Of a DNA stretch of 64,000 nt, positions 51,622 to 63,279 are shown one piece after another. The notes beneath the pieces were generated by a model that saw only the letters and a program-made list of their open reading frames with translations, ran no database searches and was not told the DNA's origin. Made by a program: the position numbers and the translations under genes. Source of the stretch: Mobula hypostoma (taxonomy: Eukaryota); contig NC_086109.1 of NCBI RefSeq assembly GCF_963921235.1, positions 29,078,001-29,142,000 of the forward strand. The letters are read 5' to 3'. How positions within the stretch are numbered: the first letter of the stretch is position 1; every line of letters begins with the position of its first letter.

Positions 51622-52159
51622 AGATAGCCAGGTCTCACAAAAGATCTCTCATTCCTATCTATTTGCTTTTATTTAATTTTATTAAATCATTGCATTTATT
51701 TAATCTTCTGCCTTGAGGAAGCAACTTAAAACCCAATGATCAGATATCGTTAGTTTTCTTGCCTGGAGTGTTTTCCTCATGGATTATTGTTTTTCCAGCA
51801 CACTTCTTTATTGTCATTTCCCATAAGCATACTACTACTCAAAAATTCTATACACAGTAGTTTAAATTATGGTTCTTGATTAACCATATGGAAGTTTTAA
51901 TGAAGTGTTTTTATGGTTATTTTCCTCAAGCTGCTGCTTCCTCTCACATTTTTATAGTTCAAAATAAATTTATTATCAAAGTACATATATGACACCAAAG
52001 TACATATATGACCTTGGGATTTATTTTCTTGCGGGCACACAATAGAATCAGTGGAAGATCATACCCAACAGGATGGACAGACATCAACGTGCAAAAGACA
52101 AAAAAAAATTATGCAAATTTAGAAAAGGAAAACAAATCAAAATAATAATAAATAAGTAA

Positions 52160-52870
52160 TCAGTGCATAACTCATTGTTGTTTCTGCCGAGTGCTCGTGT
52201 TTACATTGGTTCCAGTCTTTTCGAATGGTTGGCTATCACGCTGGCTGCTAGTCCCCACTGGGTCCTGGCCAACAAGATAGCTGCACGATCTCCGCTGACC
52301 CATATCACTGGCTATCGGTCGTTGTGAGTGTTAGTTCCCTGGGTGCCCATGGCCCCAATTCCACAGATGCATAGGTTTGTAAATCCATTTCAATATGCAT
52401 GTTAATAGAGTCTTCCATTGAGAACCAAACTTTTAAGAATTCTCTTGATTTCTTGTTTTGTGCTTCTGGCAGGATTTTTGTAGTTTCCAGATGAACTTCA
52501 GTCCTTCTTGATGTTCATGAACTGAGATGAGTGACAGAGGATCATGTCTTCTTATGGTGAGCTGATGTTCATGTAGTCTCGTAGATAGTTTTCTCTCCAT
52601 CGGTCCTGTATAGTGTTTGGGGCAGTCTCCACATTGGATAGGATATATTATGCTGGTCCTCTCCATGGGGGCTGTCAAATCTTTGGGTGTCAAGACGAGC
52701 GTTCTGATGGTGTGCAACCATTAATATTGGAGCAGTCGGCAGAAACAACACTCAATTGCACACTGATGATGTCATCTTGGCTGGCGACAAAACATTTGTA
52801 ACTTAGCCTCCAGGCTCAGTGAACAACCCCACAAACAAGCAGCCAACCTGAGCTACCAATCTTCTCTTTC
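52160..52870 (-). mobile_element. Penelope-like element (third family) with an inverted terminal repeat at its 5' side
   Basis: IIYPIQCGDCPKHYTG..ERKLSTRLHEHQL (GIY-YIG). 52160-52210 is an imperfect inverted copy of 52716-52768, which continues into CTGATGA t gtcatc...ggcgac AAAA catt. Confidence 0.8.
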
Positions 52871-54280
52871 ATTTCAATTAAATAATAAGTCTTGAGAACA
52901 TGAGTTGTAGAGTCTTTGAAAGTGAGTCCTCAAGTTGTGGAATCAGTTCAGTGTTGAGGTGAGTGAAGTTATCCATGCTGGTTCAGGACCCTGATAGTTG
53001 AAGAGCAATAACTCTTCCTGAACTTGCTTATGTGCCTCCTGTACCTCCTTCCTGATGTTAGAAGCAGGAAGAGAGCATGACCTGGATGGTGGTGCAGGTA
53101 TCAAAGGAGCTTTCCCTTCAAAAGGACCAAGCTGTCTTTCCACAATGAAGCTGACCTGAACACGCATCAGCTCCTCTCTAATGAGAACCAATGCTGAAGC
53201 AGGAGGACAATCAAGGTCATAGTTATCACTGGTCAGTTACTGAAATCATGTAAGTGAGAAAGGAACATTAATTACTTGCACAGTATGTGCTATGTTTAAT
53301 AACACATTACAAATCCAGCACATATATTTCAGCATAATCCTGTTAAGCACCTATTAACTTTATAGTAAAATGTATTTTCTTAATACAATGTTGTATATTA
53401 TTTCACTATAAAATTATGACTAATGCCTGGCAAGAATAAATACAATGTTCTCATAACTTTCAGATTTTGATGTTGCATGTAATTGCATACATTCACTACA
53501 ACAGTCAAAATGCTGGTGCTTAAATTAATACAAATTATCAACTTTTTTCTTCCTTTTTCCTCTATTTCCTTTTTTATTTCTTCTTTTTTACATCTTTTTT
53601 TTCTGTCTTATTTTCTTTTTCCTTAATTTCTTTCTTATTTTTGAACCTCGTTCTTTTTAGGGATAAAAAAATCATCTGGGTCAGTGTGAACTGCAGTGGG
53701 ACTATCAGCAGGCAGATAGAAATTCCAGTCATATAGCTATTAATGCAAAAACCAACTGCACACAGAACTTTGAGATCCATCAGAATATGACGTGCCCTAT
53801 AAAATGCGAGATTTACCACTTTCTTCAGAGTTTCAAAAGTATGTTTTATTATCAACCTTCACACACACTTCCAAGTGGAAATATCTGCTATGCTCAAACC
53901 ATTCCATAGCTGGTTGTTTCCATTAAAGGCTATTCCCTTCTGGAAAAATACACAGATGTTAAATAAAAACTGAAAAAATTCTGTCCTTAAGAGGCTGTAT
54001 AGCAGATCATGAATTAAAAAAAAACACTGCTTAAAAATAGAGCAAATTCTTCATGGTTTTTAATTTATTAACCCAAAAGTAATTGCCTGTCCTTTCAACA
54101 TCTCAAACTAAATTTAAAGTTAACATAAGCATGATTGCTCTAATGCTGAGCTTTGCTTTTTATTACATTGCATCATCGTACAACCATTCACAATTCTCAA
54201 TTTAACGCTCCTTTACTTCTATTGTGGAAGGATACAATATTTCATAATAGCAATGGTTATCTCAAATCATCTCAATCATT

Positions 54281-54375
54281 ATAGCAACACACACAAAATG
54301 CTGGAGAAACTCGGCAGGCCAAGCAGCATCTATGGAAAAGAGTAAACTGTTTCAAGCAGCGGCCCTTCTTCAGGA
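54281..54375 (-). mobile_element. Short PLE terminal-repeat insert beginning at the hammerhead
   Basis: 10-bp TSD ctcaatcatt (54271-54280, 54376-54385). Minus strand starts tcctgaagaagggcc. Confidence 0.75.
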
Positions 54376-54559
54376 CTCAATCATTTATTTCTGCTATTAG
54401 TCTTAATCACTGCGAAACAACCCCACTGCCTTTGGAAGTTTCCTATAATGTCTCATTTTTCCAGTTTTTAATTATTGTTTGGATTTAAAATAAAATGTAA
54501 TATGTATCTCTTTCTCTCAATTCAGTCTCTCTTTCTCTTTTTGCATATCTAATTTGACG

Positions 54560-55383
54560 TGTTATGTACCCCGTTGCCAAACCAGCAGAAATGGACCACT
54601 TAGTTGGAGTCTGGATTACTGGAACTAAGAAAGTTTTATTAAAGAAATAAGTAACACAGTACTCTAATCGTTAAGGGTATAAATGCAACAGGTTAGCAAT
54701 GATAAAACACACATGTACACAGAACTAGGGTAATAGGAATCAAACAAGCTCTATCGCAGTCTAGGGGTAAAATGATCAGTCTCAAGTGACGCAGAGTTCA
54801 GTTCAGCTTAGTACAGTTCGCAGTAATCGCTGTTGTGCCGTTGGAGAGAGGGAGAGAGGAGATATGCAAATTCTGATTCAAACAGACCTTTGTTCTTCGC
54901 GGTTAGCTTTCAGGCGAACCCTTTTATGTCTTCTGTGGTCACTGACTGTGACCCCTTCGTTCCGGATACGACCGTTCTTCCGCGGTGAACCCGGCACCCA
55001 GGCAAGAGTGGACACACACACCAGGTTCCCACTGATCGTACCTTTTCACCCTATGCATCTATGGTCGGTCCCGCGACCAGACCTCCAAACTCCTACCAAC
55101 TTGTGGGGGCACACCGCTTTTCCAGGGTCTCATTATCTCCTGATCTCGTGGTGTGTGTCGTGCCTTAGCGAACCTGTTCTTTTTATCCCCCTGCTGGGGT
55201 ATCGCCTGTCCATCAAACTTCAAACAGTTCAGGTTCAAAGCAACCGGTCTGTCAATACTCTTAATTGTGTTTCTTTTCCGTTACCTCTTTCTCCTCTCTC
55301 ATTAACATTTTGAATGCTTCTCCATTGTCTCCCTTATCTCTCTCATCAGTATCAATCTTCTGATAACTTGGTTTTTTGTCACA
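54560..55383 (-). mobile_element. Solo LTR (824 bp)
   Basis: TG...CA termini, 4-bp TSD gacg (54556-54559, 55384-55387), AATAAA on the minus strand near 54635. Confidence 0.85.
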
Positions 55384-55564
55384 GACGCCACAGTACCACA
55401 GTGGTTAGTGCTACGGTGTTACAGTTCGAGGTGCTCTGCAGTTCAGAGTTCAATTCTGGCCCTGCCTGTTCTCCCTGTGAACTACGTGAGATTTCTCCTG
55501 GTGCTCCAGTTTATTCACGTAATCCAAAGACGTATTAGTTTATTTGGTCATTGTAAATTGTCTT

Positions 55565-56163
55565 GAGTGAGGCCCTCTATTGTCCAAGGTTGATCATGAA
55601 TATTGCGTCCTAGCTGTCTACGCAAGCCGGTACACGAGCCAGGCAATGCAAAATGGAGAGCAAGCTGTTGCCCATGCAGCAATCTCCTCCTCTCCACGCA
55701 GCTGATGAACGAAAGGAGCAGCAGGGGCCTGTACAATCTGGTGCAGTGGCATTGCAGGATTTGCCACTCAGCATTGAACTCAGTGCTGGACTGCCTTTGG
55801 GTCTTCAGCGCTGGATTTTTCCTTTGGGGTTTACTCCCGTAGGCTTCCCCGTGAGTGGGTATAGCCGCAAGCCAGCGGAGGTTTGAGATCAGAGTTTTCC
55901 TTCTCCTAGATGAACTGCTAACCATGGTTGACAAGCCACGCACACCCCAAGCAACCAGTTTTAAGGCACTGATAACCCGCTTTTGCCCCTATTCCTGTCA
56001 GTAGAAGTGGTTCCGCTGGGCTTAGCCGTTAAGCTATACATAAAGACCAGGAGCTGAACTTGGCTGTCAGAGGCTATTTGAGAGGCACGCCATTGGGAGC
56101 ATTTAATAGGTAGTGGCAGTTTATCCCCACAAATCCCCTGGCTATGACAACCTTAAGGAACCA
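55565..56163 (-). mobile_element. Non-coding RTE-related non-autonomous element inserted in a V-SINE
   Basis: Minus-strand motif ctaggagaaggaaaactctga, which I recall from RTE-type 5'UTRs. Possible TSD gtctt. The V-SINE resumes at about 56170. Confidence 0.55.
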
Positions 56164-56629
56164 GTCTTCACATTAGGGTTGCTGGGCGGTGTGGTTCTTT
56201 GGTCCAGAAGGGCCTGTTCCATGCTGTATCTCTAAATAAATAAATATACTGTTCATCAACAATTCATTTCAGGAATAACTTCCTATCTGATTGATTGAGA
56301 TCTGGTATTTCCTTCAGAAGATACTGCATTGTTTAGATCTGTTGCATGCCATGCAATACTGGGGATAGTCTATAGTGAGTGCAAGTTTAATGACAAGTTT
56401 AAGGTACAAGGCACTTGCTGCTCAAGGCAGAGTGTAATCCTGTGTCTATAAGCTTCCACTATTTTGTTAAAATAGGAATATTGTTTAGAAAACTGAGATA
56501 CTGTACATCTGATGGCTATTTAAAAAAGTGATTTCATCTTGCTGAAGAAAGTATTAAACAATGTCTTTCAGCATTTAAGAACCATCTTTGTGTTGGAATG
56601 AATTCCCAAAATGGTATCATAAATGTCCA

Positions 56630-56830
56630 TATTCAACACTGAACTGTGCCATTGTCCACCTCTTAGATAAATGCGAAAAATTTCATGACACTATTTTTTT
56701 ATAAGAGCAGTGGAGTCCTTTCCTGCAATTTAGTTATATTTTTCTCCAATGAACACAAAAAGAGTGAAATTATTGATTATTAACTTATCATTTCCTGTTG
56801 TGCACAGAATGTCTGCACCACAGTCTTGGG
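56630..56830 (+). mobile_element. Old Deu-domain SINE (SacSINE1-like) remnant
   Basis: aaaaatttcatgacactattt...aagagcagtggagt resembles the Deu core aaagatcccatggcactatt..gaagagcaggggagt. Confidence 0.5.
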
Positions 56831-58444
56831 ATGGTTATCTATAGTGGGAAGTCACTTACTGAAGAGGAAGGAGGAGTACTGAAAGGCTTGAGGCCATGAC
56901 TGGAATAAACCTCAGGGAACATTCTTCATGCTTTCTGCTCATGACAAAATTCAGTCCAGCATCCTTCTAAATAAGAGAAATGTCTGAACAAATTCCTTTC
57001 AGCAAGTAAGACCACCAAGCTTTGTGAACTGTTGCAGCTGTTACTTGTACCTTCAAACCAGATGATGGCGAGCACTGTCCCTGTCATTTTGACTCCCACT
57101 GATAATACTTGTTTTTTAAAATTGTCCTTGTGAGGGGTTTTGGTCTTGTCCAGGGTAGATTGTGGTGGGTGGTAGAATTCCAAGAAGGCTCTCTTATTGA
57201 AACATGATCAAATCACAAGCCTTTCTTCACAGAATGTCAGCCAGAATCATTGTTTCCTGTACACAGATGTGGCCTCCTGGATGCAGCTCTTAATCCCTTC
57301 CTCTTCCTCCAATTCTTTGTCCTGTCCTGAATACCTGTTGCTAAGTCTCACAGCCATGCTGAAATTGAAGGGGGATGTCTTAGACTCATTAATTCGTACA
57401 GAGGAGAATCCGGCCCTTCAGCCCATCATGACCATGACAACATTTTGCCCTGCTACATTCATCCCATTTGCTTCAATAAATCCTTATCCCTCTATGCCTG
57501 GTTTTGTAATTAGATTCCACCATCTCCTCTGGCTGCACGTTCCAGATATCAACCACTCTCTTTCTAACAAACTTACCCCTCAGATCCCCTTTAAAAATTC
57601 CTTTTGCTCACCTTATACCTCTGCCCTCTTATTTGTGATGTCAAATAACACCTTCTAAAGAGGAAGCATTTGATTTGTTGTGAAAGCAGCAAACCTTACT
57701 ACACCATCTGTTATCATGCTCCCTGCAGATGTTTGCAATTTGAAACGACTACAGGAAGTTCCAAACACTTGAACAGTCATATTAGCAGCCAATGGAAATC
57801 AACCTATCCTGTAATTAGTACATGACCTCCTCTAACTTTCTTCCCATTCGTATTGTAGTAGTGGCAGTTTGTTGGTACTCTGTCACTACAGATTGCACAT
57901 TCTGACAGATCAACACAAGGCAACAGCAGTATGGTGATAGCTGAAATGACTGTTGCGAAAGAAACCAAGCCTCTGTGTTTCTAGAAGAAAAAACCACACT
58001 GAGCTTGTACGCTCAGAGAGGGGCCTCTGATCACTCTGCTCCTGCTACATGGAAACTCTACTGCAATTCCAGACCTATTTTCATCTTGATGGTTCCAGGC
58101 AGTCTAATGTTTAGCATAATTTCTGTGTGCAATGAAACCCTTTCCAAATAACTGTCTTGAATGCTGAAACCAAGGATGGCCAAAGTTAGAAATCAAAGGA
58201 CAAGACACTGTAACGCCTCTTCACAGTATAATTATAGTGCCACTGCTCAAGATTCAAGATTGTTTATTGTCATTCAGTACACAAGTGTAAAGGCAGATTC
58301 AATGATAGTTACTCCGGATCTGATATACTGTAGCATTAAAAAAAACACAATAAGCGTTAAGAACACACAAAAACCAAATAAAAAAACAAAATAAGTATAG
58401 GTATAAGAACAATCCTATAAAACACAATGTACAATTACTGTAAC

Positions 58445-58666
58445 ACACACAAAAAGTGCTGCTGAACGCAGCAGGCCAGGCAGCATCTATAGGAAGAGGT
58501 ACAGTCGACGTTTCGGGACGTTTCCGACGAAGGGTCTCGGCCTGAAACATCAACTGTACCTCTTCATATAGATGCTGCCTGACCTGCTGCGTTCCACCAG
58601 CATTTTTTGTGTGTGTTGCTTGAATTTCCAGCATCTGCAGATTTCCTTGTGTTTGTGTTTTTAAAT
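58445..58666. mobile_element. Fold-back PLE-derived element
   Basis: 17-bp direct repeat tgtacaattactgtaac (58428-58444, 58667-58683). Inverted arms meet in the hammerhead core. Confidence 0.85.
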
Positions 58667-59805
58667 TGTACAATTACTGTAACTGTTTTATACATAGACT
58701 GATTTTACGTACATAAAGTGACACTATTGTTATCCTTCAAGATTGCAAGATTACTTACAACAGCTTAACACCATCGACTGACTATATCACTTGCCTAAAT
58801 CAACAATTAAATAGTGCCGCCTCCTATTGTGGAGCCTAATACCATATATAAATCCTCTTTTAATAATTTTAAAATCTTTTGTCCTGAATATTTTAAAAAT
58901 CAATTTTAGTGTTAAATTTTTAGTTTGTCTTTATAATCAATTATAGTTTGATATATCTTTTAGCTAATGAGAAATCCATATAAATATGTAGATTGTCATT
59001 AATCAGGCTTAACAAACATACATAGATTATTAATTGTTCATTATTTTGATGCTGATTGGAGTAATGAGATTAGCTAACTTTTAAGTTTATTTTCATCTTA
59101 ACTTTCCCTCTCAGATCAAATCAGATGATATTTTAGGGTATGGTTATTAATTGCTACTTGTTGGCTGATACCCTGTCCTCAATCTGGTATGGGTGATACT
59201 ATCTTTGGTGTAATGGCACCAAAATTCTAGCCCAGCCTATGGCTTGTATTGGCTGAATTAACATACTTAAAAAAAAGGTTAAATTCTTGATAAGCGAGTC
59301 AAAAATTACACTGATTTTTAACATTATTCCCAAGGCATGGACATCACTGGCAAGGCTGAAATGAACAGCTTGCTCAGAATTGAGACTGAACCACATCAGT
59401 GTGTCTGGAGTCATATATGGATCACACCAGGTAAGGATGGCAAATATCCTTTCCTGAAAGGCATGAGTGAAGCAGATGGCATTTTAATGAGAATCTAGTC
59501 GCTTCATTCTTACAATTACTAATCCTTGCTTTTCACTCAGCTAATTGAACTTAAAATGTATTGCCATGATGGGATTTAAACTCCTTTTTCTGAATCAAAA
59601 ATTCAGACTTCTGAGTCAGTACTTCACCACTGTGTTACTGTACTCTACCTGTTGGACTCTTATTCCTGATGTTGAGTGTGTGTTCTGCTATTCTAAGAGA
59701 GGAGATCTGAAATCCAAATTTGCAGTACAGCAGAATTGAAATGTTGCCAAATTCTGCATTGATCAGGATGCTCAGCATATACATAATAGATTTTAGCTGC
59801 ATCTA

Positions 59806-59960
59806 CACTCAGTGAGCACTTTATTGCATACCTCCAATAAAGTGGCCACTGAGTATACGTTCATGGTCTTCTACTACTGTAGCCCATCCACTCCAAGGTT
59901 CAGAGATGCTCTTCTGCATACCACCGTTTTAATGCATGGCTATTTGAGTTACCATTGCAT
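59806..59960. mobile_element. Tc1-like terminal fragment with two closely spaced inverted TIR copies
   Basis: ta-cactcagtgagcactttattg...caataaagtggccactgagt, followed by sequence shared with 49.05 kb. Confidence 0.65.
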
Positions 59961-59964
59961 GTAG

Positions 59965-60492
59965 TCGATGAAGAAGACCAAGGAGTTGATTATTGACTTC
60001 AGGAGAAGGAAACCAGAGATCCATGAGCCAGCCCTCGTCAGAGGATCAGACGTGCTCCCTTCTCGCTGCCGTCAACAAAAAGAAGATACAGGGTCCTTAG
60101 AACTTACAATACCTGGTTCAGGAACAGTAGTTACCCATCAGCCATCGGGCTCTTGAACCAAAGGGGATCACTTCACTTAGCTTCACTTGCCCCGTCACTG
60201 AAATGTTCCCACAACCTTTGGACTCACTTTCAGGGTCGCTTCATCTCATGCTCTCAATATTTATTGCTTATTTATTTATTATTATTATTTTGTCATTTTT
60301 TTGTATTTGCACAGTTTGTTGTCTTTTGCACACTGGTCGAACTTTCAAGTTGGTGTGTTCTTTCAGGGATTCCGTTATGGTTATTATTCTATTGATTCAT
60401 TGAGTATTCAGTATGCCCGCAAGACAATGAATTTCAGGGGTGTATATGGCAACAAATATGTACTTTGATATTAAATTTACTTTAAACTTTTA
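59965..60492 (+). mobile_element. Rex/Babar-type LINE remnant with internal deletion
   Basis: KKTKELIIDFRRRK joined to a 3'UTR ending actttaaactttt. Confidence 0.75.
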
Positions 60493-60758
60493 ACTAACAT
60501 CACAGCACAATAGTTAGCTCCACCGCCTTAGTGGTTGTTGGGATGTCATTGTGACCCCGATGTCAGGTGCCAAGTGTGTGTGCAGTTTGCATATTCTCTC
60601 TGTGTGAGTTTCTGGTTTTCTCTCACATTCACAGATCTGCTGTTAAGGTTAATTGAGCACTGAAAATTAGTTAGTGCAGGTAAATGACACCTAGTGTCAA
60701 AGGACTGTTGATTGGTTGTTGTGTATTTGTGTGTATAAGACAGAGAAGAGAGTTCTGA

Positions 60759-60920
60759 AACAACAGGAATTCTGCAGATGCTGGAAATTCAAGCAACACA
60801 CATAAAAGTTGCTGGTGAACGCAGCAGGCCAGGCAGAATCTCTAGGAAGAGGTGAAGAGGTGAAGTCAACGTCTCTTCCTAGAGATGCTGCCTGGCCTGC
60901 TGCGTTCACCAGCAACTTTT
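60759..60920. mobile_element. Fold-back PLE-derived element
   Basis: 13-bp TSD aagagagttctga (60746-60758, 60921-60933). About 48-bp inverted arms. Confidence 0.88.
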
Positions 60921-63279
60921 AAGAGAGTTCTGAGTTTGCTAACTCAGAAATAGTGTTGAATGTAATGCACGCTTGCATCAGTACTGTTATCCTCGGAAGC
61001 ATTGTTGGAGCAAACTGTATTGAGAAGTTACAGGAGCCCAGCCCAATGAATCATACAATTTCCTTGAAGAGAAGCTTGTAATCTGGGAAAATCATATTTC
61101 AAGATAGTGACCCTATTCAAACTGACCTAATCAACTTGAATAGGATTTGCAGCAATGCATGACTAATAGCAACTTTAACGGCGTATTTTCCAAATAATCT
61201 ATTTATGTTCTTGCAAGCGGCTTCTGCAATTGTAGACTCAGTGGCACACATGCAGAATATCAGAGCATCAGCAGGAAGACTGTACGACCTTTGCACGTGA
61301 TGCAAATTTGCAAATCAGTCTCATGGGTCTTATTTCAGAACCGTAACAGGGAAAACAAATTCAAACTGCCAACATAGCCCATGCCAGTGGGAACACATAA
61401 TAACAATCTGAAGCATACTCCTGAATACCCAGGTTATGCTTATGGTAGACAAAGTTCTCCACAGGGAGTGCAAGAGCGTGCAACTATCCCCAAACTTCCT
61501 CACTCCTTGTGTCCGTGCTGGCTGAACCTATTGTTTTCTTATGTTTTTTTACATGCATAGGTTTCCAGTATTTGTTTACTTCTTTAATTTATTTTAGCAT
61601 TTATTGTATTTTCAAAAAAAAATTAACAACTGAATCAACAAAACCCAGTGAGTGAGTAAAAAGACAAGGTGAGTGGTATGATTAAAATTATTCTTTTAAA
61701 GAGCAGAATACAATGGGAAGAATGGTCTTCCTCCATGATGTATTTTGCGGTTAGAAATTTAATTGTGCACTTGGGAATTGGTAAGTGCTAAATAGTGTAT
61801 GTGTTTCTTTTTCTTTCATGTGCATGATGGATTTCAAGTGTAAAATTGAGTAAGAGGTGTGACTGCAACCTTAAAGCATTCAAATGATCTTTGACTCATT
61901 GTTTTTTTAAGTGATGGAGTTATAGAGTAATATTACACAGAAGCAGGGCCAAGCATTAAAACAACACTGGCAAACAGCTCATTTTCTCCTTCCTATTATC
62001 TCTCTCTGCCCCACACCACACACAGATAGACTTCCTGCTCCAGGCTGCCAGTTTCCAGTCTCCAGCCTTGGGCCATCGGATTCGACTTCCAGATTTACCA
62101 TCAGCCTTTGGGCTCTGATCTTTGGTACTATTCCCTGGATTTACCAATGACAGGGCTCTCAACTCCAGGCTCTCCAACTGACCAGCCCTTGTGCTTCCTC
62201 AATCCAGTCCCAGGATCCATCAACCTGGTACAGCCCAATATCCTTTGTCAGTCATCCACATCGCTGGCCTTTGAGCGCAGTGCAAAGGCCTAGAATGCAG
62301 GTGTCCTTCATCACTTGTCCATGTCACTGGATTTCAAACAGAGTGCGGAGTAGGGGCCTGACCTCCAGCTCTTCCACATCCTGTCCCTAATCCGTAACCT
62401 GACGTCTAACTCTCCCACATCATTGTTGCTAAACCCTCACCCAATCCCCAACACCTTTTTGTGTCACCAAAGCCATCCTTACAATTTAAAAATAAATGAT
62501 TACTTTTGGGCCACAGTCTCAACGGAGACCACAGCTCGGAGCCATCTTAACCAGAAGGTGCCACTCCTAGCACCTGTGCTATTTAAAGGGATCATCAATT
62601 GCTTGCAGATTTGTTGTAGAGTGAACTGAGGGAGGTCTCTCCTCATTGGTCAGAACAGAAGATTGCTGTTAGAGGCCACTGGGTTTGCTTTGAACTCTTT
62701 TAATTGTATTTCTGCAGGAGAGAGTGAATGAGTAAAGTCAAAGCTTCTGAGGACAGATGAACAAGAAGTTCTTGGTTAACAGACCCAGCTTTCCAAGGAT
62801 TTTCCAGGACCTATGCTCCTACCCATGATTATCCAAGGTGCATTGCTCCCAGAAGCTGTGATTTTTTATGGATGGATTTACCCAGAAATAATTGAGATTT
62901 GTGACCGTCTGCAGCAAGTGTTACAACTGCACATCACTTGCTGTGACTGAATGGACAACCCTTTTTGGCCTCTGCATCATTCCTTCCTTTGTGACTCAGA
63001 ATCAAAAATGAGAATCTGATATATTATCACTAACAAACATGACCTGAAATTTGTTGTTCCCTGCTACATTACAGTATAAAGACATGAAATGACTCTAAGT
63101 TATAAATGTAAATAAAGAATGCAAAAGGAACAATGAGGGAGGGCTTATGGATTCCTGGGCTGTTCAAAAATCTGATGTCAGGAGAGAAGAGTTTGTTTCT
63201 GAATTATTGAGTACAGGCCGTCAGATGTCTATATCTCCTTCTTGATGGTAGTAGCAAGAAGGGCCATTTCCTGAATGGT

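Noticed and set aside
53574-53855. 93-aa minus-strand ORF with hydrophobic stretch and lysine-rich tail
   Set aside because: The tail is the translation of a low-complexity purine tract, the start is non-ATG, and no homology was recognised.
54786-55313. 175-aa ORF
   Set aside because: It lies wholly within the solo LTR, starts at GTG and has no gag, pol or env motifs.
3126-55403. Several CACAGTG heptamers as V(D)J recombination signals
   Set aside because: None of those I checked has a nonamer at 12 or 23 bp, and no V, J or C segments are visible.
62700-62950. Possible exon after a tttctgcag acceptor
   Set aside because: The frames contain stops. The sequence faintly resembles a decayed Harbinger-type transposase start but is too weak to call.
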